DNA of 5,273 nucleotides from a virus. Taxonomy: Duplodnaviria; Heunggongvirae; Uroviricota; Caudoviricetes. Of the stretch, positions 1-5,273 are shown in pieces. The DNA lies in IMG/VR virus record IMGVR_UViG_2636415418_000002; one strand, 5' to 3'. The stretch's first letter is position 1. Each line of letters begins with the position of its first letter. Below the pieces are notes generated by a model that had not been told where the DNA came from, ran no database searches, and saw nothing but the letters and a program-made list of their open reading frames with translations. The translations under genes and the position numbers were made by a program.

Positions 1-162
1 AAGTTGGAGTCATTACCAGAACTTTTCGATATGTCTGTGTTCCCGTCAAACCCTTTGAAAGATGGCATAACAGAAATGCTTTCTGGGATAAAAGAATTAG
101 CAGGCCGCAGTAGCACCGCATACGGAATGACTCCTCTTGTGATTTTCAGGAAAATTCAGTAA
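1..162 (+). CDS. 3' end of an upstream CDS (start lies outside the window); product unknown
   Basis: Frame 1 is open from position 1 to TAA at 160-162 (...AYGMTPLVIFRKIQ*), with typical enterobacterial codons, and is followed 7 nt later by a strong intrinsic terminator. It is absent from the ORF track because there is no start codon in the window. I do not recognise the peptide. Confidence 0.4.
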   Translation, partial: KLESLPELFDMSVFPSNPLKDGITEMLSGIKELAGRSSTAYGMTPLVIFRKIQ

Positions 163-168
163 GTTCAG

Positions 169-196
169 ACCCGGCCACCGTGCCGGGTTTTCTTTT
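169..196 (+). terminator. Rho-independent terminator (6-bp all-GC stem CCCGGC/GCCGGG, 6-nt loop, TTTTCTTTT tail)
   Basis: Seen directly: stem 170-175 pairs with 182-187, followed immediately by a T-tract at 188-196. It sits 7 nt after the stop of the upstream CDS. The reverse complement lacks a T-tract, so it is unidirectional. Confidence 0.75.
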
Positions 197-324
197 GCCC
201 CTCCCCTCATCACACACACCGTTCAAAAAACCACCACAACCTCGCTTCAGTTATCGCTATGCAATTCAAGTCACAAAATAAATCCATCCCAAATACAACC
301 AGTTATATCTAAAACAACCAATAA

Positions 325-367
325 AACAACTTATGTTGTTGACGATAATACAACTATAGTTTTAAAT
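325..367 (+). promoter_or_regulatory. Candidate operator/promoter: perfect palindrome AACAAC-TTAT-GTTGTT (325-340) overlapping a -35-like TTGACG (339-344), with a weak -10-like TTAAAT 17 nt downstream (362-367)
   Basis: Hexamers and palindrome read directly from the sequence. The -10 is a poor match (4/6), so this is weak; a 6-bp inverted repeat in an AT-rich region can arise by chance. Confidence 0.15.
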
Positions 368-644
368 AAGTTCATCGCAACAACACAATCATACGGCAAC
401 CACCGGATTCACCGTTGCGATGACCGCTTAGATCCGCAGCTTGAATTTCAGCAGGCTTTGGGGAGTGCGAGGGGTGAAACGGACGCGTGAACGTCGGTGT
501 GACCAGCTGAAATCAACACAACACTTTATACCTCAGTCGCTTCAACGAGGCGGCTTAGTTATGACAACCGGCGGCCATCCACCGCCTGAATACGCGCAGA
601 AGTCTCTATATGTTCAGCAGCCCAGCTTACGGGCAGGAGTTTTT

Positions 645-851
645 ATGGTTCATCAACATTACGGAACGCAGACCGTTAATCGCGGTGCGGTCATGCCAGG
701 AATGCTGGTCAAACACAAAGATGGTACCTGGACTGCATCAGCTAATTTACGCGGACGGCTTTATCTGCATCGCGGCATCGAGCGCACTTATACCCGTGAC
801 TTGCTCGTGGAAGTTTTTCTCGACGGACGCGGCAACGGCCTGAATCACTAA
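645..851 (+). CDS. Hypothetical small basic protein (69 aa), occupying the position that kil/cIII take in lambda
   Basis: ATG at 645 is preceded by AGGAG (635-639) with a 5-nt spacer. Codon choice in this frame (ctg, cgc, ggc, gac, aac) looks enterobacterial, whereas the overlapping 610-843 frame is rich in rare codons. The track start at 441 is a TTG and an in-frame ATG at 561 has only a weak SD, so the true start could be 561. Product not recognised. Confidence 0.4.
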   Translation: MVHQHYGTQTVNRGAVMPGMLVKHKDGTWTASANLRGRLYLHRGIERTYTRDLLVEVFLDGRGNGLNH

Positions 852-926
852 CCCCCTTTCCTGTTTTCCTAATCAGCCTGGCATTTCGCGGGCGATATTT
901 TCACAGCCATTTTCAGGAGTTCAGCC

Positions 927-1223
927 ATGAACGCTTATTACATTCAGGATCGTCTTGAGGCTCAGAGCTGGGCGCGTCACTACCAGCAGATCGCCCGTGA
1001 AGAGAAAGAGGCAGAACTGGCAGACGACATGGAAAAAGGCCTGCCCCAGCACCTGTTTGAATCGCTATGCATCGATCATTTGCAACGCCACGGGGTCAGC
1101 AAAAAAGCCATTACCCGCGCATTTGATGACGATGTTGAGTTTCAGGAGCGCATGGCGGAACACATCCGATACATGGTTGAAACCATTGCTCACCACCAGG
1201 TTGATATTGATTCAGAGGTATAA
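927..1223 (+). CDS. gam: Gam, RecBCD nuclease inhibitor (98-aa short form)
   Basis: The translation [21 protein letters not shown]...[10 protein letters not shown] matches, from memory, the C-terminal 98 residues (GamS) of phage lambda Gam. AGGAG at 915-919 lies 7 nt upstream of the ATG. Position immediately upstream of bet matches lambda synteny. Confidence 0.9.
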   Translation: MNAYYIQDRLEAQSWARHYQQIAREEKEAELADDMEKGLPQHLFESLCIDHLQRHGVSKKAITRAFDDDVEFQERMAEHIRYMVETIAHHQVDIDSEV

Positions 1224-1228
1224 AACGA

Positions 1229-2014
1229 ATGAGTACTGCACTCGCAACGCTGGCAGGGAAGCTGGCTGAACGTGTCGGCATGGATTCTGTCGACCCACAG
1301 GAACTGATCACCACTCTTCGCCAGACGGCATTTAAAGGTGATGCCAGCGATGCGCAGTTCATCGCATTGTTGATCGTCGCCAACCAGTACGGCCTTAATC
1401 CGTGGACGAAAGAAATTTACGCCTTCCCTGATAAGCAGAACGGCATCGTTCCGGTGGTGGGCGTTGATGGCTGGTCCCGCATCATCAATGAAAACCAGCA
1501 GTTTGATGGCATGGACTTTGAGCAGGACAATGAATCCTGTACATGCCGGATTTACCGCAAGGACCGTAATCATCCGATCTGCGTTACCGAATGGATGGAT
1601 GAATGCCGCCGCGAACCATTCAAAACTCGCGAAGGCAGAGAAATCACGGGGCCGTGGCAGTCGCATCCCAAACGGATGTTACGGCATAAAGCCATGATTC
1701 AGTGTGCCCGTCTGGCCTTCGGATTTGCTGGTATCTATGACAAGGATGAAGCCGAGCGCATTGTCGAAAATACCGCATACACTGCAGAACGTCAGCCGGA
1801 ACGCGACATCACTCCGGTTAACGATGAAACCATGCAGGAGATTAACACTCTGCTGATTGCCCTGGATAAAACATGGGATGACGACTTATTGCCGCTCTGT
1901 TCCCAGATATTTCGCCGCGACATTCGAGCATCGTCAGAACTGACACAGGCCGAAGCAGTGAAAGCTCTTGGATTCCTGAAACAGAAAGCCACTGAGCAGA
2001 AGGTGGCAGCATGA
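1229..2014 (+). CDS. bet: Bet (Red-beta) single-strand annealing protein, 261 aa
   Basis: The translation [66 protein letters not shown]... matches lambda Bet as I recall it, with the same 261-aa length. The stop overlaps the exo start as ATGA, as in lambda. Confidence 0.95.
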   Translation: MSTALATLAGKLAERVGMDSVDPQELITTLRQTAFKGDASDAQFIALLIVANQYGLNPWTKEIYAFPDKQNGIVPVVGVDGWSRIINENQQFDGMDFEQDNESCTCRIYRKDRNHPICVTEWMDECRREPFKTREGREITGPWQSHPKRMLRHKAMIQCARLAFGFAGIYDKDEAERIVENTAYTAERQPERDITPVNDETMQEINTLLIALDKTWDDDLLPLCSQIFRRDIRASSELTQAEAVKALGFLKQKATEQKVAA

Positions 2015-2691
2015 CACCGGACATTATCCTGCAGCGTACCGGGATCGACGTGAGAGCTGTCGAACAGGGGGATGATGCGTGGCACAAATTACGGCTCGGC
2101 GTCATCACCGCTTCAGAGGTTCACAATGTGATAGCAAAACCCCGCTCCGGAAAGAAATGGCCTGACATGAAAATGTCCTACTTCCACACCCTGCTTGCCG
2201 AGGTTTGCACCGGTGTGGCTCCGGAAGTTAACGCTAAGGCGCTGGCCTGGGGAAAACAGTACGAGAACGACGCCAGAGCCCTCTTTGAGTTCACTTCCGG
2301 CGTGAATGTTATTGAATCCCCGATCATCTATCGCGACGAAAGTATGCGCACCGCCTGCTCTCCCGATGGTTTATGCAGTGACGGCAATGGCCTTGAGCTG
2401 AAATGCCCGTTTACCTCCCGGGATTTCATGAAGTTCCGGCTCGGTGGTTTCGAGGCCATAAAGTCGGCTTACATGGCCCAGGTGCAGTACAGCATGTGGG
2501 TGACGCGAAAAGATGCCTGGTACTTTGCCAACTATGACCCGCGTATGAAGCGTGAAGGCCTGCATTATGTCGTGGTTGAGCGGGATGAAAAGTACATGGC
2601 GAGTTTTGACGAGATGGTGCCGGAGTTCATCGAAAAAATGGACGAGGCACTGGCTGAAATTGGTTTTGTATTTGGGGAGCAATGGCGATGA
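2011..2691 (+). CDS. exo: Exo (Red-alpha) 5'-3' dsDNA exonuclease, 226 aa
   Basis: The translation [40 protein letters not shown]... matches lambda exonuclease as I recall it, with the same 226-aa length. The gam-bet-exo order is the lambda Red arrangement. Confidence 0.95.
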   Translation: MTPDIILQRTGIDVRAVEQGDDAWHKLRLGVITASEVHNVIAKPRSGKKWPDMKMSYFHTLLAEVCTGVAPEVNAKALAWGKQYENDARALFEFTSGVNVIESPIIYRDESMRTACSPDGLCSDGNGLELKCPFTSRDFMKFRLGGFEAIKSAYMAQVQYSMWVTRKDAWYFANYDPRMKREGLHYVVVERDEKYMASFDEMVPEFIEKMDEALAEIGFVFGEQWR

Positions 2692-2846
2692 CGCATCCTC
2701 ACGATAATATCCGGGTAGGCGCGATCACTTTCATCTACTCCGTTACAAAGCGAGGCTGGGTATTTCCCGGCCTTTCTGTTATCAGAAATCCACTGAAAGC
2801 ACAGCGGCTGGCTGAGGAGATAAATAATAAACGGGGGGCTGTATGA
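2688..2846 (+). CDS. Small hypothetical protein (52 aa), positional equivalent of lambda orf60a
   Basis: Not in the ORF track. Hand translation gives [52 protein letters not shown]. Its ATG overlaps the exo stop (ATGA at 2688-2691) and its stop overlaps the next gene's ATG (ATGA at 2843-2846). Lambda likewise has a small ORF overlapping the exo stop. Confidence 0.5.
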   Translation: MTHPHDNIRVGAITFIYSVTKRGWVFPGLSVIRNPLKAQRLAEEINNKRGAV

Positions 2847-3400
2847 CTGATTTCACCGGAAGCAATACTCCTGCCGAACATCGCGACAGCTGGCGCACAC
2901 CACCAGAGATTTTTGCTGCGCTTAATGCAGAGTTCGTTTTTCAACTTGATGCTGCAGCCAGCGAAAAAAACCGACTATGTCGGCTTTTTATCTCACAGGA
3001 GCAGAACACATTAACCACTTCATGGCCTGAAGCAATGGGATATGCCTCTGGTTATGTCTGGTTGAATCCACCATACAGCAATATTTCCCCTTTTGTGAAA
3101 AAGGCAGCCACTGAAAACAAATTCAGTAGTGTGGGATGTGTAATGTTATTGCCTGCTGACACATCTGTCGGATGGTTTCATGAAGCGATACAAACCGCCA
3201 GTGAGGTCAGATTCATCACGGCAGGACGACTGGCATTTATTAACCCACTCACCGGGAAACCCGTCAGTGGAAATAATAAAGGCTCGATGCTCATTATCTG
3301 GCACCCATACCCCCGTACACACTGCCACTTTACGACCGTTGATCGTGGAGAGTTGATGGCGTTCGGCTCAAGGATTCTTGCCCGTCGGGAGGCTGCATGA
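2843..3400 (+). CDS. Putative phage DNA N6-adenine methyltransferase (small Dam-like orphan MTase), 185 aa
   Basis: Contains the (D/N)PPY catalytic motif in WLNPPYSN, and an N-terminal WRTPPEIFAALNAEFVFQLDAAAS segment that resembles the WxTP...LDxAA signature I associate with the phage 'Dam' methyltransferase family (Pfam PF05869, from memory). No adjacent restriction endonuclease candidate is visible. Confidence 0.75.
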   Translation: MTDFTGSNTPAEHRDSWRTPPEIFAALNAEFVFQLDAAASEKNRLCRLFISQEQNTLTTSWPEAMGYASGYVWLNPPYSNISPFVKKAATENKFSSVGCVMLLPADTSVGWFHEAIQTASEVRFITAGRLAFINPLTGKPVSGNNKGSMLIIWHPYPRTHCHFTTVDRGELMAFGSRILARREAA

Positions 3401-3480
3401 CAACCACGGAATGCATTTTTCTGGCAGCGGGCTTCATATTCTGTGTGCTTATGCTTGCCGACATGGGACTTGTTCAATGA
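3397..3480 (+). CDS. 27-aa hydrophobic micro-protein (single predicted TM helix)
   Basis: Not in the ORF track. Hand translation gives MTTTECIFLAAGFIFCVLMLADMGLVQ*. A strong SD, GGGAGG (3386-3391), lies 5 nt before the ATG. The ATG overlaps the MTase stop and the stop overlaps the orf71 ATG, both as ATGA. Codons (ctg, gcg, ggc, gcc, gac) are better here than in the alternative long frame. Confidence 0.45.
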   Translation: MTTTECIFLAAGFIFCVLMLADMGLVQ

Positions 3481-3692
3481 CACCTCAGCAGGAAAACGCC
3501 CTTCGCAGCATTGCCCGTCAGGCTAATTCTGAAATCAAAAAAGCCAGACAGCAGTTTCCGGATAAAAACGTCGATGACATTTGCCGTAGCGTACTGAAGA
3601 AGCACCGCGAAACGGTAACGCTGATGGGATTCACACCGACTCATTTAAGCCTGGCGATCGGCATGTTAAACGGCGTCTTTAAGGAGCGATGA
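3477..3692 (+). CDS. Hypothetical protein, 71 aa
   Basis: ATG at 3477 overlaps the orf27 stop. Translation is MTPQQENALRSIARQANSEIKKARQQFPDKNVDDICRSVLKKHRETVTLMGFTPTHLSLAIGMLNGVFKER*. The track's 3378 start is a TTG and the in-frame ATG at 3411 lacks an SD and would overlap orf27. Product not recognised. Confidence 0.55.
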   Translation: MTPQQENALRSIARQANSEIKKARQQFPDKNVDDICRSVLKKHRETVTLMGFTPTHLSLAIGMLNGVFKER

Positions 3693-3784
3693 ACATGAAA
3701 AGCAAAATCATCAGGGAGCTACAGGCTCCTTTTTTATTATTCGCATTCACCCTCAAGCGTATTAACCAACAATTCAGGGATTAA
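3689..3784 (+). CDS. Possible 31-aa micro-ORF (uncertain: it contains a terminator-like hairpin)
   Basis: Not in the ORF track. Hand translation gives MNMKSKIIRELQAPFLLFAFTLKRINQQFRD*. Its ATG (3689-3691) overlaps the orf71 stop (3690-3692) as ATGA. A hairpin plus T-tract inside it is the competing explanation for this stretch. Confidence 0.3.
   Translation: MNMKSKIIRELQAPFLLFAFTLKRINQQFRD
3714..3741 (+). terminator. Terminator-like hairpin (GGAGC-tacag-GCTCC) followed by TTTTTTATTATT
   Basis: Seen directly: a 5-bp stem (3715-3719 pairing with 3725-3729), extendable by one G-U pair, then six T at 3730-3735. The stem is short, so this is a weak intrinsic terminator at best. It overlaps the orf31 candidate. 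Confidence 0.3.
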
Positions 3785-3790
3785 TGGAAG

Positions 3791-4009
3791 ATGGCAGACA
3801 TCATTGATTCAGCATCAGAAATCGAAGAATTACAGCGCAATACAGCAATAAAAATGCGTCGTCTGAACCACCAGGTTATATCTGCCACTCATTGTTGTGA
3901 GTGTGGCGATCCCATAGATGAACGAAGACGCCTGGCCGTTCAGGGTTGTCGGACTTGTGCAAGTTGCCAGGAGGAGATCGAACTTAAGAACAAACAATGG
4001 GGATTGTGA
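3791..4009 (+). CDS. TraR/DksA-family C4 zinc-finger protein (probable RNA-polymerase secondary-channel binder), 72 aa
   Basis: The segment CCECGDPIDERRRLAVQGCRTCASCQ shows the CxxC-G-x-P-I-x-E-x-R-R ... CxxC pattern characteristic of TraR/DksA. Its size matches TraR-like proteins of F plasmid and lambdoid phages. Only a weak SD (AGGGA) lies 10 nt upstream. Confidence 0.75.
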   Translation: MADIIDSASEIEELQRNTAIKMRRLNHQVISATHCCECGDPIDERRRLAVQGCRTCASCQEEIELKNKQWGL

Positions 4010-4056
4010 TGGCCTCAAAGCAGCAAATTTCAACATCGTCCAACTGAGGTGTAAAA

Positions 4057-4335
4057 ATGTTCAGAATCATTTTTCCTAACACCTGGTACGTCGACCACCA
4101 CGGCACTCCCTGCAAAATCCTGCGTTCTACCCACAACAAAGTTCACTACATCCGAAAAGGCAGAACATGTATCGCCAGCATGTTCCGCTTTAATCATGAC
4201 TTTGAACCTGTGAATAAAGCTGATGCAGATCGGATAGCAGAAGAGATCGAAACGGCAGAACACATTAAGAAGTTACGTGACATGCGTTCAAAAAGCAGAG
4301 GTAACCATGGAATCATACAGCCTCACACTCGATGA
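4057..4335 (+). CDS. Hypothetical protein, 92 aa
   Basis: ATG at 4057 is preceded by GAGG (4046-4049) with a 7-nt spacer. Translation begins MFRIIFPNTWYVDHHGTPCKILRSTHNKVHYIRKGRTCIASMFRFNHDFEPVNKADADRIAEEIETAEHIKKLRDMRSKSRG.... Its 3' end overlaps the xis start by 29 nt. Product not recognised. Confidence 0.5.
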   Translation: MFRIIFPNTWYVDHHGTPCKILRSTHNKVHYIRKGRTCIASMFRFNHDFEPVNKADADRIAEEIETAEHIKKLRDMRSKSRGNHGIIQPHTR

Positions 4336-4657
4336 GGCCTGTCAGTTTCTCAAGATATCCAGACCTACCGCTACCAACTGGATACGAACAGGCCGCCTAC
4401 AGGCAACACGCAAAGACCCCACTAAACTAAAATCTCCTTACCTCACAACACGACAAGCCTGCATTGCGGCTCTTCAGTCTCCGCTGCATACTGTCCAGGT
4501 GAGCGCGGGTGATGGCATAACAGAGGAAAGAAAATGTCACTCTTCCGCAGAGGTGAAATATGGTACGCCAGTTTCACATTGCCGAACGGTAAAAGATTTA
4601 AACAGTCTCTTGGAACAAAGGACAAAAGGCAGGCGACAGAACTCCATGACAAGCTAA
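4307..4657 (+). CDS. xis: Excisionase, P22-type (116 aa)
   Basis: The translation [38 protein letters not shown]... has an excisionase-type winged-helix/HTH N-terminus and resembles phage P22 Xis as I recall it. GAGGT (4298-4302) lies 4 nt before the ATG. It sits immediately upstream of, and overlapping, int. The track start at 4277 has no SD. Confidence 0.8.
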   Translation: MESYSLTLDEACQFLKISRPTATNWIRTGRLQATRKDPTKLKSPYLTTRQACIAALQSPLHTVQVSAGDGITEERKCHSSAEVKYGTPVSHCRTVKDLNSLLEQRTKGRRQNSMTS

Positions 4658-5273
4658 AGGCTGAAGCATGGCGGGTCAGCAAACTTGGTGAAATACCTGA
4701 TATAACGTTCGAGGAAGCGTGTGTCAGGTGGCTTGAAGAGAAAGCACATAAAAAATCACTGGACGATGACAAAAGCCGGATCGGATTCTGGCTTCAACAT
4801 TTCGCAGGAATGCAACTAAGAGACATTACTGAATCAAAAATTTATTCAGCAATGCAGAAAATGACGAACCGGCGTCATGAGGAAAACTGGAAACTCAGGG
4901 CAGAAGCATGCAGAAAAAAAGGGAAACCTGTTCCAGAATACACGCCAAAACCAGCGTCCGTTGCAACGAAGGCTACGCATCTTTCATTTATAAAGGCCCT
5001 ACTAAGAGCCGCAGAGCGTGAATGGAAAATGCTGGATAAGGCACCAATTATTAAAGTGCCTCAACCAAAGAATAAACGGATCCGCTGGCTGGAGCCCCAT
5101 GAAGCACAAAGGCTGATTGATGAATGTCCGGAGCCATTAAAGTCTGTTGTTGAATTTGCACTGGCAACAGGGTTAAGACGCTCGAACATCATCAACCTTG
5201 AATGGCAACAAATAGATATGCAGCGCCGGGTGGCATGGATAAACCCGGAAGAGAGTAAATCAAACCGCGCAAT
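4534..5273 (+). CDS. int: Tyrosine integrase, P22-type (5' portion; 3' end truncated by the window edge)
   Basis: ATG at 4534 is preceded by GAGGA (4523-4527). The frame stays open to the window end (~246 codons): [53 protein letters not shown]...[20 protein letters not shown].... This closely resembles P22 Int as I recall it, and the TGLRRSN segment carries the first catalytic Arg of tyrosine recombinases. It is absent from the ORF track because there is no stop in the window. Confidence 0.9.
   Translation, partial: MSLFRRGEIWYASFTLPNGKRFKQSLGTKDKRQATELHDKLKAEAWRVSKLGEIPDITFEEACVRWLEEKAHKKSLDDDKSRIGFWLQHFAGMQLRDITESKIYSAMQKMTNRRHEENWKLRAEACRKKGKPVPEYTPKPASVATKATHLSFIKALLRAAEREWKMLDKAPIIKVPQPKNKRIRWLEPHEAQRLIDECPEPLKSVVEFALATGLRRSNIINLEWQQIDMQRRVAWINPEESKSNRA

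Noticed and set aside
438-514. 8-bp inverted repeat ATTTCAGC (445-452) / GCTGAAAT (506-513) separated by 53 nt
   Set aside because: A single 8-bp inverted repeat at this spacing is expected by chance in 5 kb; there is no supporting covariation or context.
441-644. Long form of the upstream ORF starting at 441 (track) or 561
   Set aside because: The 441 start is a TTG with no SD. The ATG at 561 has only a weak, distant GAGG. I favour 645 but kept 561 as an alternative in the feature note.
610-843. + strand ORF 610-843 overlapping the 645-851 ORF
   Set aside because: No SD precedes it, and it has many rare codons (aga, cta, ata, tca), whereas the 645 frame has good codon usage and an AGGAG SD.
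955-1269. + strand ORF 955-1269 in an alternative frame inside gam
   Set aside because: It overlaps the recognisable gam frame, and its translation is low-complexity and rich in rare codons.
1111-1666. Minus-strand ORFs 1111-1383 and 1190-1666 from the track
   Set aside because: They lie antisense to gam and bet, which are strongly supported on the + strand. They have no SD, and antisense frames of this length are common by chance.
1464-1697. + strand ORF 1464-1697 in an alternative frame inside bet
   Set aside because: It is nested entirely within the bet frame and has no SD.
1792-2682. Minus-strand ORFs 1792-2085, 1842-2108 and 2371-2682
   Set aside because: Antisense to bet and exo; same reasoning as above.
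2735-3483. Minus-strand ORFs 2735-2944, 3146-3328 and 3178-3483
   Set aside because: Antisense to orf52 and the methyltransferase. No supporting signals.
3378-3692. 104-aa long form (track) or 93-aa form from ATG 3411 of the orf71 frame
   Set aside because: The 3378 start is a TTG and ATG 3411 has no SD. The overlapping orf27 frame has a GGGAGG SD, better codons and ATGA coupling on both sides, so I split the region into orf27 plus orf71.
4009-4047. 12-aa ORF (MASKQQISTSSN) overlapping the TraR-like stop
   Set aside because: Too short, no SD, and indistinguishable from chance.
4277-4306. Xis start at 4277 (track), giving a 126-aa protein
   Set aside because: No SD precedes 4277. ATG 4307 has GAGGT at optimal spacing and gives the 116-aa length I recall for P22-type Xis.
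4464-4473. boxA-like GCTCTT (nut-site element)
   Set aside because: It lies inside the xis coding region with no adjacent boxB hairpin, and nut sites are expected near pL, not here.
4440-4533. CII-dependent pI-type promoter (TTGC-N6-TTGC) inside xis upstream of int
   Set aside because: Only a half-site is present (TTGC at 4464-4467 followed by N6 then TCAG), and the flanking hexamers are poor. Not enough to call.
3830-4772. Minus-strand ORFs 3830-4036, 4030-4263 and 4443-4772
   Set aside because: Antisense to the TraR-like gene, orf92, xis and int, which have SDs and recognisable products.
1-5273. attP, tRNA, CRISPR array or IS element
   Set aside because: None seen. int is truncated at the window edge, so attP and any tRNA target would lie beyond position 5273. 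There are no repeat-spacer arrays or terminal inverted repeats.

Overview
The window reads as the early-left (pL-type) operon of a lambdoid enterobacterial prophage, with every credible gene on the + strand. Order: 3' end of an upstream gene (1-162), intrinsic terminator (169-196), a G-depleted A/C-rich spacer (~198-440), a small basic ORF (645-851), then gam (927-1223), bet (1229-2014) and exo (2011-2691), which I recognise from memory as near-identical to phage lambda Red. Downstream is an accessory block: orf52, a small N6-adenine-type DNA methyltransferase with an NPPY motif (2843-3400), a 27-aa hydrophobic micro-ORF, orf71, orf31, a TraR/DksA-family zinc-finger protein (3791-4009) and orf92. 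The window ends with a P22-type excisionase (4307-4657) and the 5' two-thirds of a P22-type tyrosine integrase (4534 to window end, truncated). Six consecutive gene junctions from bet to orf31 are ATGA start/stop overlaps. I saw no tRNA, rRNA, CRISPR array, IS element or attP. The most interesting content is the accessory block between exo and xis (orphan methyltransferase, RNAP-targeting TraR-like protein, unannotated micro-ORFs) and the unusual spacer and small ORF upstream of gam. All identity calls rest on recall and motifs, not on a database search.
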